Positions 36,201-48,168 of a DNA stretch of 53,149 nt are shown here, in pieces. Origin of the DNA: Rhizaria sp. SCN 62-66. Taxonomy: Eukaryota. Both the position numbers and the translations under genes were made by a program. Every line of letters starts with the position of its first letter. The first letter of the stretch is position 1. Location: the NCBI GenBank assembly GCA_001724265.1, contig MEDY01000239.1:1-53149 (forward strand), read 5' to 3'. Below the pieces are notes generated by a model. That model made no database searches. It was not told the DNA's origin and worked only from the letters and a program-made list of their open reading frames with translations.

Positions 36201-38519
36201 ACACAACAGAACCCACGCTTCTTACGCTGTTTCAAATGTTGGGCTGACGTCGGCAGTCGAGTTGCACACGATAGCTGGCTGTACGAGTTGTTCTGTCACT
36301 ACACGGCATTTATTTTCTCACATCCTACGTACTCCGACACAGCTGCATTGGTTGCATCCGCTTTGCAGCTGTATTCAACATCACAACTCACCAATTCACT
36401 GTCAGCGTTGCAGTGTGTTGCCACTGCAGTATTCACTCTTGCATTAGGACGAAGCAAGCTAATTTATGCGAACGCAGACGATGCACACACGTCGCCGCCC
36501 CCGCCTTGTTTCCCGCTGGTTCTCACATCGGCCGGACGCAACAACCTGCAGCGCGTGCTCCTGTCCTGGGTCTCGGTGCACTTGGACTCCGCCGCGCCCC
36601 CCTCAGACGCCACTCTGGCTGCGCTGGCGGGCGCGTCTCTGGCGGCCAGTGAGCTGGCTGCAATTGCACAACGGGCGATTATAGACACCATCAAGTCTAC
36701 CTTTTCAGTGTGTCGACCGTGCGCAGACTCTCATCTCAACAACGGTGCGGACAGTCTCGGGAATGTAAGCGCTGACTCGAGCCTCGGCGGAATCATTGCA
36801 AAATGTGCCGGCGCTGTGCTGGCGTTACCCGAGCTAGAACTGCTGCAAACGATGGGTCTGATCACATCAGTCAGCAGCGACTGCAATAGCAACAACAACA
36901 CGACTAGGGCATTGCTTTCAGGTACGGCTTACCTTCCAACTCCCTCGGGCCGCACTGTCTTCCACTCGTCACTGGCCCCCGCAGAAGCACTGGCGCTGCT
37001 GCGTGTTGCTGATGCAGTTGCAGGCGGCCTAACTTCGGTGACACAGGTCGCGCTATGTCTGTTTTGTATCACGTCGATGGGGGTGAAAAACAACAGCAGC
37101 AGCAACATTGCTGGCGCAAACACAAATGCTCGGAAAGGTGCTGCGATGAACAGCAGCAACGTTACAGGGATGAGCAACTCCGGTCTCAGCGGAGGAGGCA
37201 CTGGCGTGGGCATTGATGGCGTGAGGTGGGACAACCTACGGGTTGCAATCACGCCGCGTGCTTACAGTAAGATCGCTGTCACTACTGCCGCGGTCAGTTC
37301 CATCTCTAGCGCGACTGCCCAGCTCCCAAACATGAGTTCAAACGATGTTGCAAGCGTCACTAATGATGACGTCGGCGTCATGCCGGAAACTGATATTCAC
37401 CGCGCGCACGCCACGATGTACAAGAAGACGACGGGCAACAACAGCAACAGCAATTCTACTGTGGTGGACGCTGACGCTTCGACAGCTGACGCGAACTTAG
37501 GTTTCGCGACTGGTGTTGTCGCTCCTATTCTTGACGCAGAAGCAGCCGCCGCTGCGGAGGCTGCTGCTGAGGCCGAATCAGAGGCTGCCGCTATTGCCGA
37601 CGCTGCGGCCGTTGCTGCTGAGACGGCTGCGCGCGGCGGCTTGACCCCAGGCGAGTCTGCCGCTGCCGTGGCGCTCGCCCGGCTACTCGGCGTGCGGGTG
37701 AGCACCCAGTCGAAGAGCAATCAACGGAGTCAGACTGTTGCTTCTGCACTGAGTCTCAGTTCCTCCTCCACTCATAGTCTGAGTGCGATGCGTGGCGGCT
37801 TAACGATCGCCAACGATTACGACGACAGTGACAACGACGGTGATGCCAAGGGAGATGAATCTCATGGACGAAGTGTTCGATCTAAGGGCGGATACTTAGA
37901 CCTTGACGACAGCCCAATCGATTTCCTCGCTCTCTCCCGTCAGTCCCCCTTGCTTGCGCTCTATGCTCCGTTACGCCCCCTTAACGCCACCTACACCGTG
38001 TCCCTACTGTTCTCCGCCCTCGTCCTCAGCGACACGCTCACCCGCGGCCCCCTTGCCGCGGCCCGCTACTGGGGTGTGCAGCCCTCCGCCGCCGCCGCGC
38101 TGGTCTCCGCGGCGCCCTCGGCGGCGGCGCTGGCCACGATGCTCTGCGAGGGCCGCGGTCACCGCGCGCTGGCGCTGGCGTTGGTCGAGTTCAAGGCCTC
38201 TGTGGTTGAGCCCGCCGCTGCGGCGGTGGCTGCGCTAGGTGACGCGTACACTGGGCTGCATAGCTACAACAGCAACAACAGTCACAGTGCGAATGGCGGT
38301 GGCGCTGTGGCGTGGGAGCCCTGGACGATTGCAATGACTGCGGCGAACCCTAATGCTGCGGCGGCTGCTGGTGCTGCTCCTGCTGATGCTGTTGAGTATG
38401 CTGCCACTGCTTCCGCCGCGGCTGCTGCTGCAGCGGCCAGGGCTGGCACAGAGGCTAGGAAGCGACAGGACCGAGACAACAGGGTGCACCAGGCATGGTC
38501 AGCGTTAATGCTGGACTGA
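30204..38519 (+). CDS. HELQ: HELQ/HEL308 (POLQ-like) Ski2-type DNA helicase; one 2771-codon frame containing three in-frame TAG (34230, 34740, 36063)
   Basis: Q motif LYPWQAACL, motif I STSGGKTLVA, Ib TYEKA, II VVDEAH, III MSAT, RPVPL, IV VIVFLPTR; after two TAGs, GVSPHHSAL, V ATTTLAAGVNLPA, VI KQMAGRAGR; after the third TAG, the winged-helix-like PTPSGRTVFHSSL. No polymerase domain. Stop TGA. Confidence 0.88.
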
Positions 38520-38718
38520 TGTTATCACTTTGCAAGCATGTGCATACATTACGTGGTGTGTATTACGCGAATAATCAATCGCGATGAGATACATGACTAT
38601 ATAGCCAACAAGTTATTCTAGATAAGCGTTAAGATAGTAAGATCAAGCAATACATAAAAGCTTTGCCATTCACATTCAAGGCGTCATGCTGCACATACCA
38701 ACAGTCATGACACAACGT

Positions 38719-40323
38719 TTAATAGTCTTCCTCGGAGTACTGCACGAAGTGCAGCGTGGGGTCCTGCCACGACTCCTGCTGCGTCTTCTTGTTGCGCCAG
38801 CCGGGCAGCCCGCGCGAGTCGACCTGCGTGACCCAGTACTTGCGGAACTCGTAGGGCACGGGGAACGGCTTGTGGTGGGCCAGTGCGCGGAAGAAGGAAA
38901 GGGACATCGCGGGGTCGAATAAGTTAAGCCGCCGGACAAGCTCGCGGGCCTTCGCACGCATGTGGGGGTCAGACGATCTATACGAGATATAAAAAAAATG
39001 CAAGATGAGACATACAAGTTAGTGAGGTAAATAATGACTACACCAAAAAAATCTATTTTTCACGCTCAATATGAACAAGTTCAAATGCGCAATTGTGCAT
39101 TTGTGCGGCGTGTGATGCACGTGTTACGTACTTAAGGAGCGCGGCCGAGTGCCGCATCAGCCCCGCATAGACCTCGGCCTTGTCCTCCTCGATCGCGGCC
39201 ATCGAGTACCGGTTAAGGAACGCTGTGCCGACGCCGATGTCGACCTCGCTGTGCGGCGAGATGGTGGCGGTGCCGTCGCGGTCCTGGGCGCCGCCGTCGC
39301 CGTAGCGGAACCCGGGCGGGTTGAGGCAGTGCCACAGCGGGTCCGTGCCCACCGACTCAGGGTTGCGGCCGCAGTCCGAGGCCGAGTCGAGCGGCCGCAG
39401 CCAGAGGCGGACGGCGGCGGAGCGATGCGCGGCCAGCACGGGGATCAACGGGACCGGGAAGGCCAGCGACTCGGCGAGGGGGACGCCGGGGGCCGCGGGG
39501 GTGACGGCGAGGGACACGGTTAGCGTGCTTGTCGTCGCCGTCTCCACAGTTCCAGTCGCGCTCGCATTCGCAGCGGGGGAGAGACTGCTGGACTCTGAAG
39601 GCGCCGCGGTGGCAGCGGCGGCGTTTGCGTGGTCAGTTTGAGTGGTGTCCGGACCCGCCGCGCTGTTACCGCCAGTGTCCGCCGGGGGCAGAGTGGGGCT
39701 GAGGGGGCTCACAGTCGGGGAGGCTGGGGTCGCGGGCACTGTGAGAGCCAGCGAGTGCAGCTCTGAGTGACCGTGGGCGTGACTGTGGGAGTGACTGTGC
39801 GAGGTGCTCACAGTCGCGGCCTGACCGTGGGCAGCAGCAGCAGGAGCGCGAGTGCGACTCTGAGAGTTGCTAGAGCGGCGTTGAGTTGCGACGTCAGAGT
39901 TCGTCATTTGCTGCAGCTGTTGCTGTTGCTGCTGTTGCGGCTGCGGTTGCAGAGGCATGGGCTCCGTTTCAGTCTCAATCTCGACGGTATATTCAATGGG
40001 AGTGCTTAAATGAGCATGTGAGTTGTGCGTGTTGTGGTTTAAGTACCCTTGCGAAACTAAGTAGTTCTCCGCATCCGCGGCCGCCGACTGAGTGGCGGCC
40101 GCGATCGCTGCCGCCGCGATGTAGGCCGCGTCCTCCTCATCGTCCTCGCTGTTGATGCCCGCGTCGTCGCTCATAAAAGCCGCCTTGTTGCGGCCGACGA
40201 CGCGGCCGCCAGCCCCGCTGTTTGCCGCTGCCGCTGCCGCTGCTGTTGGGATGCCTGTGGCGTTGACGCGGCCACCGACGACAACATTGCCGTGACTCAT
40301 GTTTGCACGCGTGCTCGCATTGC

Positions 40324-40357
<34 letters not shown>

Positions 40358-42831
40358 GCGAGTGCCTACAGTCATCTGCGCCACGGGCGGGGGCGACGAC
40401 AACTGACCTTGAGGGCGACTGCTCCGACTGCTGCGAGTTGAGTTCCTGTGAGAGTTCGCAGTGGCAGTGGCCGCCGCGTCGTTATCCCCGTCTTTCTCCC
40501 ACACATCGCCCTCGTCAGCCCAGGCCGGGTGACCGCGGGCGCCGGCAGCTGAGTGATGAGAGTGGGGAGAAGCAGCCGCGACGTTGCGACTACCGCTCGT
40601 CACTGGGGGCTGAGGCGGCGGCGGCAGAGGCGTGGTGCGGCTCTGCTTTGGCGGAGAAGCTGCAGTCTCCGCAGCGGGAGCAAGAGCCGCGTCTCCACTC
40701 TGTGCGCCATCTCCAGCTTTCGAGCTGCGCGGCCGCTGACTCGTCCTCGCACCGGTGCTGCGCGGTGCAACAGCTTCAGCAGAAACAGCTGCATCTTCAC
40801 CCTTCGCAGCGGCCGCGTCAGGCTTGTCAGGCTTGGTGCTGGAGGTGCCGCTTTTAGCAGCGTTGCCCTGACTGTAGATACGGTCATTGCGCGCCACGTC
40901 GCGCCTGTACCACCGACTGGGCTGCGCGAGGCCCTTGAGGTGCATCGACACAGTGACATTGTTCGTCGCCACATTCTCAGCAGTGCGGTCAACATCAGCG
41001 GTCATGACGTTCTCTGTGTCCAACGTGTTGGGATACAGCACGGCCTGATTTTGAATCGCTACAGTCATGAACTTAGACGCCTGACCGTTTGCGTCTCCCT
41101 GTCGCTGTAGATGTGCGGCGACGGCGGCCTGGCTTTGCGCCAGCGCGGCCTGACTTTGCGCCTGCGCCGTGGCGGCCTGGCCCACCATGAACCGCGCGAA
41201 GTCAGGCACGCGCCCCGGCGGGTTGGCCGTGCGTGCGTTGCACGCCGCAGTGGCGTACGCAAACAACGGGTCCGGCAGCGTGAGCGCCGGCTCGGTCGCA
41301 GTCGCCGAGCTCGTGTTGACCGGGGGAGCGAAGCCCCGCCAGTCATCAGTCGCGCTGCTCGCGTCATCGTATTCGTCACCATCGTCATTGTTGTTGCTGT
41401 CGTCTTTGCCCGTCTCGCCCTTCTGCAGTTGCCGCATGCCCTTGAGCATGGCCAGGATCTTGTCGTCGAACATGTGGAAAAACTCGTGGTGGAACACTGA
41501 CTGGAGGTAGTACACGATCTCGGGCTTGCAGTCCAGGTAGAGCGTGCCCGTCTCAACCACGGGCACGGCCTTGCGCGCCTGGCCCTTGTACGCCAGCCCC
41601 TCGGCCAGCACGATGCGGCGCAGGCGTGCGCGGCGGAGGAAACTGGGCGGGTACAGGCCCAGCTCCACGCACAGGAAGGGCTGGAAGAAGAGCGCCGAGG
41701 CCAGACAGGGCGGCCGGCCCTCGAGGCTGTTGCCGTAGACTTCGTCGTTGACCGAGGTGGACTGCAGCAGACACAGTGTCACGCCGGCTGCGTGGCAAAC
41801 CGCCGCAGCGTCGCGCAAGTACCTAAAGAGTACGCATAGAACAACAATTTATGAGATGAGTGAGATTAAATTTTGTCACAGATAAAAACGAAACTGTTTA
41901 ATGGAAGATGAGCGTTTCAAGACTTTTAAGTCATGGTATTTGTTCTCAAGACATACCTCGGCTCGGCGGGCAAGCCCCAGAAGTCTGCGTAGGTGCCCAA
42001 GATCGCCGGCCTCGCCAGAGTGGTCTGCCCCGTGAGCACGGAGAAGTAGTACGGCCGGCCCGACGATCCCGTGAGCTGGCGCCACGCAAACGCCGCGATG
42101 TCCACCGTTACGTGGTTTCCGGGTCGCAGCCCGCGCTCCTGGTAGATCGACCGCAGCGGCGGCGGCGCCTGCGCGTCCGCCTTGCGCCCGCCGCTGCTCG
42201 CTGACTCGGCGTGCAGGGCGCGCACTTTGCCGGTGCGCGGGTCCACCGCGGCTCCCGCACGCGCGCCGGCGGGGATGCGGGCCGGCGCGCGCGCCTGCTC
42301 GCCGCCCCGGCCGCGCGCGGCGGCGGCGGCTGCGATCTGGCCCAGCTCGACGTCGCTGATAGCCGTCTCGTCGTCTTCGTAGTAGCGGTTGCCATACTCG
42401 TCGACGTAGCCGTAGCCGTCGTCGTCGTAGCCCTCGCCGTAGTCGCCGGCGGCGGCGGAGAGGTGGCTGCCGGCGTTGCTGGCGCCGGCGCGCGACTGCT
42501 GCTGCTTCTTGGTGGAGCGGGGCGGCAGCACTTGCGCCAGCCGCCGCAGCTGCTGCCGCTGCTGGTGCTGCTGGTTGGACAGCCGCGGGTAGCCATGCTC
42601 GTCGTAGTCGTAGTACGGTCCCGTAAGCCCGCGGTGACCGCGGCTCTGGCCGTGCCGGCGCCCGCGCGCGTAGGCGGGATCGTTGAGGTCGAAGTCAAGC
42701 CCCCGGTCGCCGCCGTTGCGAGACGGGCTCGAGGACGGCGATGACGACGGGGTGACGTTCGGAGAGCATGTCGGCGTGCAGGTGAAGAGCGACGTGCAAC
42801 AGGGAGGGCAACAGCTCATGCTACTGCCCAT
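38719..42831 (-). CDS. WW - HEXXH zinc metallopeptidase-like - WW protein with a predicted N-acylated start; exons 42831-41957, 41822-39132, 38977-38719
   Basis: Two phase-2 GT-AG introns (41956-41823, 39131-38978) join three ORFs. MGSSMSCCPPCC start; WW-like AWRQLTGSSGRPYYFSVLTGQTTLARP; FHHEFFHMFD ... WHCLNPPGFRYGDGG ... FLNRYSMAAIEEDKAEVYAGLM; second WW-like YWVTQVDSRGLPGWRNKKTQQESWQDP. Stop TAA. Confidence 0.78.
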
Positions 42832-43291
42832 GGCCGTGACGCTCGGTGCGCAGAGCCGGTCGAGGCAAAGGTCAGAGCGAAGGGCAACGTGTGTAGGGAG
42901 GCCAGCAAGATAGAGAAGGTTGGCCAGACTTTTGAAGGAGTACACCGAGGTAGGGCAGTGAAGTGAGAGGGTATAAAAAGGGCGATACGCAGATCACATA
43001 TATTAAACACTGTAAATCTCTGTTAATGTGCGCTTGACAGATGATTCGTAGGACGCCGATCTGGGTTTAGAATCATATCACCCCCCTCTGCGCGGACCAC
43101 AACGGGACAGCAAGCCGCAACGGCAAGAGGATTCAGTTGAATGTACAGCCATCATCATCCATGCAATAGCAATGATATTCAACTCTGTATATCTAAGCGT
43201 GACCGTGTTTATTTCTTTTCAAAGAGATCGCACTAATTCGCGTTTGTGTTTCGCTGTTGTTCCTTTTGTGTTTTTCATATCGTGCAGGGGG

Positions 43292-46200
43292 ATGTCTCAC
43301 CAACAGCACGGCTCCCGCCCTGGTCCTGGCGCCACAAGCTCTGCGTCTGGCCCTGGTTCAGCTTCCCCGCCTCTGATTCCGGCATCACCCATGCTCGTTC
43401 CCGGCGGTGACCCGAAGCGCCGCCGTCTCGCCACCGAGAACCCTCTGACTCTGTCCCCGCCCCTCGGCGGCTCCCGGTCAGACGCGGCGCTCGGTGCGAA
43501 CCCCAGCCGCTTTGCGCTGGGCGACTCCCCCGTCATCGGCAAACACCAGTCGCGCTCCGCCTCGCTTGTCTCTCTTACCGAGAGCGCCACTGGCAGCTCC
43601 AGCTCGCTCGCTCAGGCTTCGGCGGCCATTGGCACTGCCGCCACAAGTGCCTTCGCCACGGACACGTTCGCGCCGTCGAAGGACACTGCCATGCCGCTCT
43701 GGTGCCGCGGCCTGCTCCCCGCGTCCTCCGCGACCCCCACGAGCGCCAGCACGCTTACCGCGGCGCCGCTGACTACGGCCGCGACGGGCGCGGCGCTCAG
43801 CGCGGCGCTCAACGGTCAGCTGTCTCAGTCCGCGCTCAACGCGCTGACGCTGCCAGCGGCGTCTTTGGACCACCTCCTGTACGACCTGCCCTACATGTTA
43901 TCTTTCCACGACTATCTCGCGCTGCTGCCGCTTGACATCCGCAGGGCCTTCCTTGCCTCGCTGCCCCCCGCCGTCGCAGCCGCGCTCTCCGCTCCCGCCG
44001 CTGCGGCCTCTGCTGCTGCGGCCTCTGCGGCTGCTGCGGCCGGCACAACCACTTCACAGTCGCAGTTGCTGTCGCAGTCGCCGTTCCCGGTCTCGGCCTG
44101 CCCCGGCGAGGCCGCCCCGCCGCCGCAGCGCCCCGGCGTCGGCCCCGCCCCGGCCGCCTGCTTCACCGAGCGCGACGAGTGGGCCGCTACCTCCACCGCC
44201 CCCGCAGCTGCCACGAGTACCTCCTCAGCGATGACTGGCATCCGCGCTACTGGGATCCGCGCTAGCTCGACTGCGATGAGCGTCGCCAGCGCCGGCGCCG
44301 CGGGGGCGAGCAGCGCGAACGCGAGCTCTCTCGCGCTGGCGTTGTCGACAGCGGACGGCGACCCTTACACGCTCTGGCACAGCTACTTAGACTACGTAAG
44401 CACCTTCCGCACCGCCACGGCCAAGGGCTTCTACAGCAAGCACAAGGGGGAGAACTGGTACGCTGAGCGTTACGCCGGCAAACTGCCCGCCACGGGCACC
44501 GCCGTCGTCGACTCGCTGTCCAAGGCTCTCAGCAACATCAGCAGCTCGAGCGCGAACGCCGCCGCGGCTGGCTCGAGTGTGGGCGCGGTCACTGCGGTGA
44601 TGTCGGCGTGCGCCGTTGCTCTCACGCCCGCCGCCGTTGCCACCGCGCGCGCGCACAAGGCCTGGCTGGCAGCCTTCAACGCCAAAGACCCCTACCTCTC
44701 CCCCACGCCCGCGTATGTCAGTCGCTCCAGCGGCGCCAAGGGTACTCACACCGCTGTCAGTGCCCCCGCGGCGCGCGCGTGGGTTGCCGTGCGCGGCGTG
44801 CCCCCGCACGCGAGCGACGCCGCCGTGACGGCGACGCTCGGCGGGCTGCCGGGCTTTGTGCGGCTCTGGCTCGCAGCGCCGTGCATCAACGCGCAGCTCA
44901 CGCGCACCGTGTACGTGCTATTCAGTAGCCACGGCTCCGCGGCGGCTGCGGTCAGCGTGATCAACCGCGCGGGCGCGACCGCCAGCAAGGCGCACGCGCA
45001 CGGCAACTCCGCGAACAACGCCACTCCTGGCAACAACACCAACAACAACAACAATGGCGCAGAGTCGGCTGGTAGTGAGGCCACAGCCAACAACACACAC
45101 AGCTCTGACGACTCCGAGGGCGGCCTAACTTCGGACGGCGGCCTGACGATCCAGTGGCCGGCCCGCCCCCCCTTGCCGCCGCCGCCGCCGCCGCCGCGCG
45201 CACTGAGCTACATGCTGACGCACCAGCTCGCACCCATGCCTGTGCTGGCACCGGTGCCCACGGTGCCGCTCACGGCCTCGCTCGCCACCGCCGGGCCCGG
45301 GATGACCGTGGGCAGCACGAGTACGGGGCCCGCGTCATGTGTTCCGCCGTGTCTGGTGGGCCCCGATGCGTACTCCGCGGGACCCGTGCCCGCGTGGACG
45401 CTCGCTGACCCCGCCGTCGTGGCGGCCGATGCGGCCGTGGCGCTCGCGCTGGCGGCCGCGCTGGACAAGGCTAAGGGGGTCGAGCCGGGACATTTACACA
45501 ATGCGCTCAAGGAGAACGCAGTGCTGCGGAGTCTTAGTGCCGTGAAGAGCGATCTAAGTAGCGCTGCTAAGGCGAGTGAGGTTGTGGGCACTGTCATCAC
45601 GAAGGCACTGAGTAGCACCAACAACAACACTGCTTTAGATAGCAATGACGCTGATGTTGCTGCATGCGTGTACATCGTCACAAGCACCGTCTCGTACTTG
45701 CTGCACGTGCACAGCTACGCGTTTTACCTCGGCCGCCAGTACTTACACCAGCAGGAGGCCCTTACATGCGTCGGCGAGCAACACCCCTATCACCCCCTTA
45801 CATCCACCGCCGGCGGCACTTACACCTGCGTCAATGCGACCAATAAAAACAGAGCTCTGCCTATGGCTGACGACGACGCTGACAACAGCAATGCCGACAT
45901 TAGTCGCGCGAGCAACAGCGCATTCGCGAGCGCTCCTGTCCCTTTCCTCACCAGTATCAGCGCCGCCCCCGGTTCTAGCTCTGGCTCCGGCTCCAGCTCC
46001 AGCAGCTCCAGCGTTGACGCCGCGGAGGCTGCGGCCAGCGCCGCCGCTGCGACCCAGGCCGCCATCAAGTGCCTCCAGGGTCGCCACCCGGCTCTGCTGC
46101 TCAGCGCACATTCGCAGGCACAGTTGGACTCGCCGAGCAGCTTACAGTTGCCGTCGCAGTTGCCGTCGCAGTGGCAGTGGCCGCCGCTGCTGTCGCCGGC

Positions 46201-46820
46201 CTTGTCGGCCGCCACGCTTGCCGACGCCGTCGCAGCCGCCGCCACCGCGAGCGCCGCCACTCTCTTCGCGGGCGGCGGCGCCGGCGCCGGCGCGACCAAG
46301 GCCACCACGGCGGCGGCCGCCGCTGCCGCGCTCAGCGTGCTGCCCGGCGCCGGGTCTAAGGGGTACTTACACCGCTACCGCACCGCCGCCGCCGCCGCCA
46401 CGGCCGCTGCCCGCACCTCCAGTCTAAGTGCCCCCGGTGTAAGTGCTGTCGCGGCGCCGTCGCCGATCGACGTCATGCCCCCCCTGGATGCCGACGTGGC
46501 GCACTGGGTGCTCAGTTGGGTCTCCCGGGCCGTCGCGGCCAAGTCAAGGACGCGCTTCCAGTGCGTGCTGTGCGCCAAAATGCTGACTTCAGCGGTCTTC
46601 GCGGTCAGGCACGTGCTCACCGTGCACGCCGACTGCGCCGCCGCGGTCGGCGACGAGGCCCTCGCGGCGGCCACGGTCGTGGCCTATATTAAGGACGGCG
46701 AGCCAGGCGCGGCTAAACTTAAGGGCGATGACGCTGCTGCTGTCGCGTTCTCTGCACCGAGGCCCATTCTGTCACTCTTCCCTCTTCCTTTGCTCAACAA
46801 CAGCTCTGGCGCTGGTTATG

Positions 46821-46851
<31 letters not shown>

Positions 46852-47206
46852 CTCAAGCGCTGCGTCTGCGTTCAACTCTGGGTTTTACTTCAAGAGCAAG
46901 GCTGAGAAGCACATCAGGCACGAATGGGCTCTGGCTGTCACGAACGCCGCCTCTGCCGCCGCTGCCGCCGCCTTTGCTGCCGCTGCCGCTGCGAACGCTC
47001 CCCCTAGCGTTGCTGCAGCTGCTTCCGTTGCCTCTGGCGCCAACCGCAGCGCTGGCGCTAGCGCTGGCACCGCTGCTGCCGCCGCCAGCGGGAGCAGCAA
47101 CGTGGCACCTGTGCTCATCGTGGCCTCGGAGACCGCGGCCGCGCTGGCGGCCGAAATCTCCAAGGCAGACGCCGCCGCCGCTGCCGCCGAGGCCGCTCTC
47201 GCCGCC

Positions 47207-47238
<32 letters not shown>

Positions 47239-47621
47239 CGAGGACGAGAAGGAAGAGGAAAGCGGCAAGAGCAAGTACAAGAAGGGCAAGAAACACGCGT
47301 GGACCCGCGAGGTTGCGGTCGACGACCAGGTACGGCAATTTGAAACAAATGATTGACATTTTTAGATTTTATCAAAGATAATCAAACATATATGTGCTCG
47401 CCATGTTTTGACTCGTTATCTGAACTTACTTTCTCAATTTCGCGTTCCTTTGTTTTGTGTTGTCTGCATCTTAGGACGGCGCTGCGAGCGTTAGCAGTGC
47501 GGATGCTGCGGCCGCCGCGCGCGCCGCCGCCGCCGTTGCCGCCTCACTCGTATCTCTCACGAGCGGCACCAAGGCCAGCCTCAGCAGCGCTGTGACCGTT
47601 GATGATGCCGCCGCCGCCGAG

Positions 47622-47674
<53 letters not shown>

Positions 47675-47831
47675 TGCCGCTGCCGCCAGCGCCAACACCG
47701 CGGCCGGCAGCAAGGCCGTCGTGGTTGGCGGCCGCAAGGCTGTGTGTTATGAGGGCGTCTGCGAGCCCGTGGCGGCCAGCGTCGAGGCGTGGGGGCGCGT
47801 CGCCAAGAAGGCGCTTGTGTCATACACCTAA
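43292..47831 (+). CDS. SRRT: SERRATE/ARS2 RNA-processing factor; exons 43292-47329 and 47475-47831
   Basis: ARS2-like motifs in order: MLSFHDYL, FYSKHKGENWYAERY, RRM (VRGVPP...PGFVRLWLA...RTVYVLF), YLLHVHSYAFY, zinc finger FQCVLCAKMLTSAVFAVRHVLTVH. Phase-0 intron 47330-47474; stop TAA. An acceptor-like site just upstream of the ATG may indicate an earlier exon. Confidence 0.85.
47622..47686 (+). repeat. (GCC)n poly-Ala tract in the last ARS2 exon
   Basis: Long GCC run followed by GCT/GCC variants. Confidence 0.9.
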
Positions 47832-48168
47832 GCTTGTGTCCTTCATCGAAGCTGCGTCCTCTGTCGTTTGCGTGGGCAATCTTTGGATTAAGTGTGGTGA
47901 GTTTGTTTCATCATTTGTTTATTGTGCTATATAGTTAACGTTTATGTTTCTGACAATACAATGTGCAACTTTCAATACAAGTCAGCTTTTCATACACTAA
48001 AAGTAGACGTTTGTATAGAACTAGGTAACCCAAGAGTCGTAACTCCTTGCTGGAAATAATTGCCATAAACCTGCCGATGTACGCTCATGACACGGCATGA
48101 CTGAGTCTGACTGGTCATCCGAGTGTTGATTAGCACGACGTTTTATGAAGTATACGCATCGACTCACC

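Noticed and set aside
30204-38519. HELQ, TTI1 and ZMAT2 as pseudogenes or split genes
   Set aside because: All six interruptions are the same codon, there are no frameshifts, motifs are intact on both sides, and there is no AT-rich spacer at the breaks.
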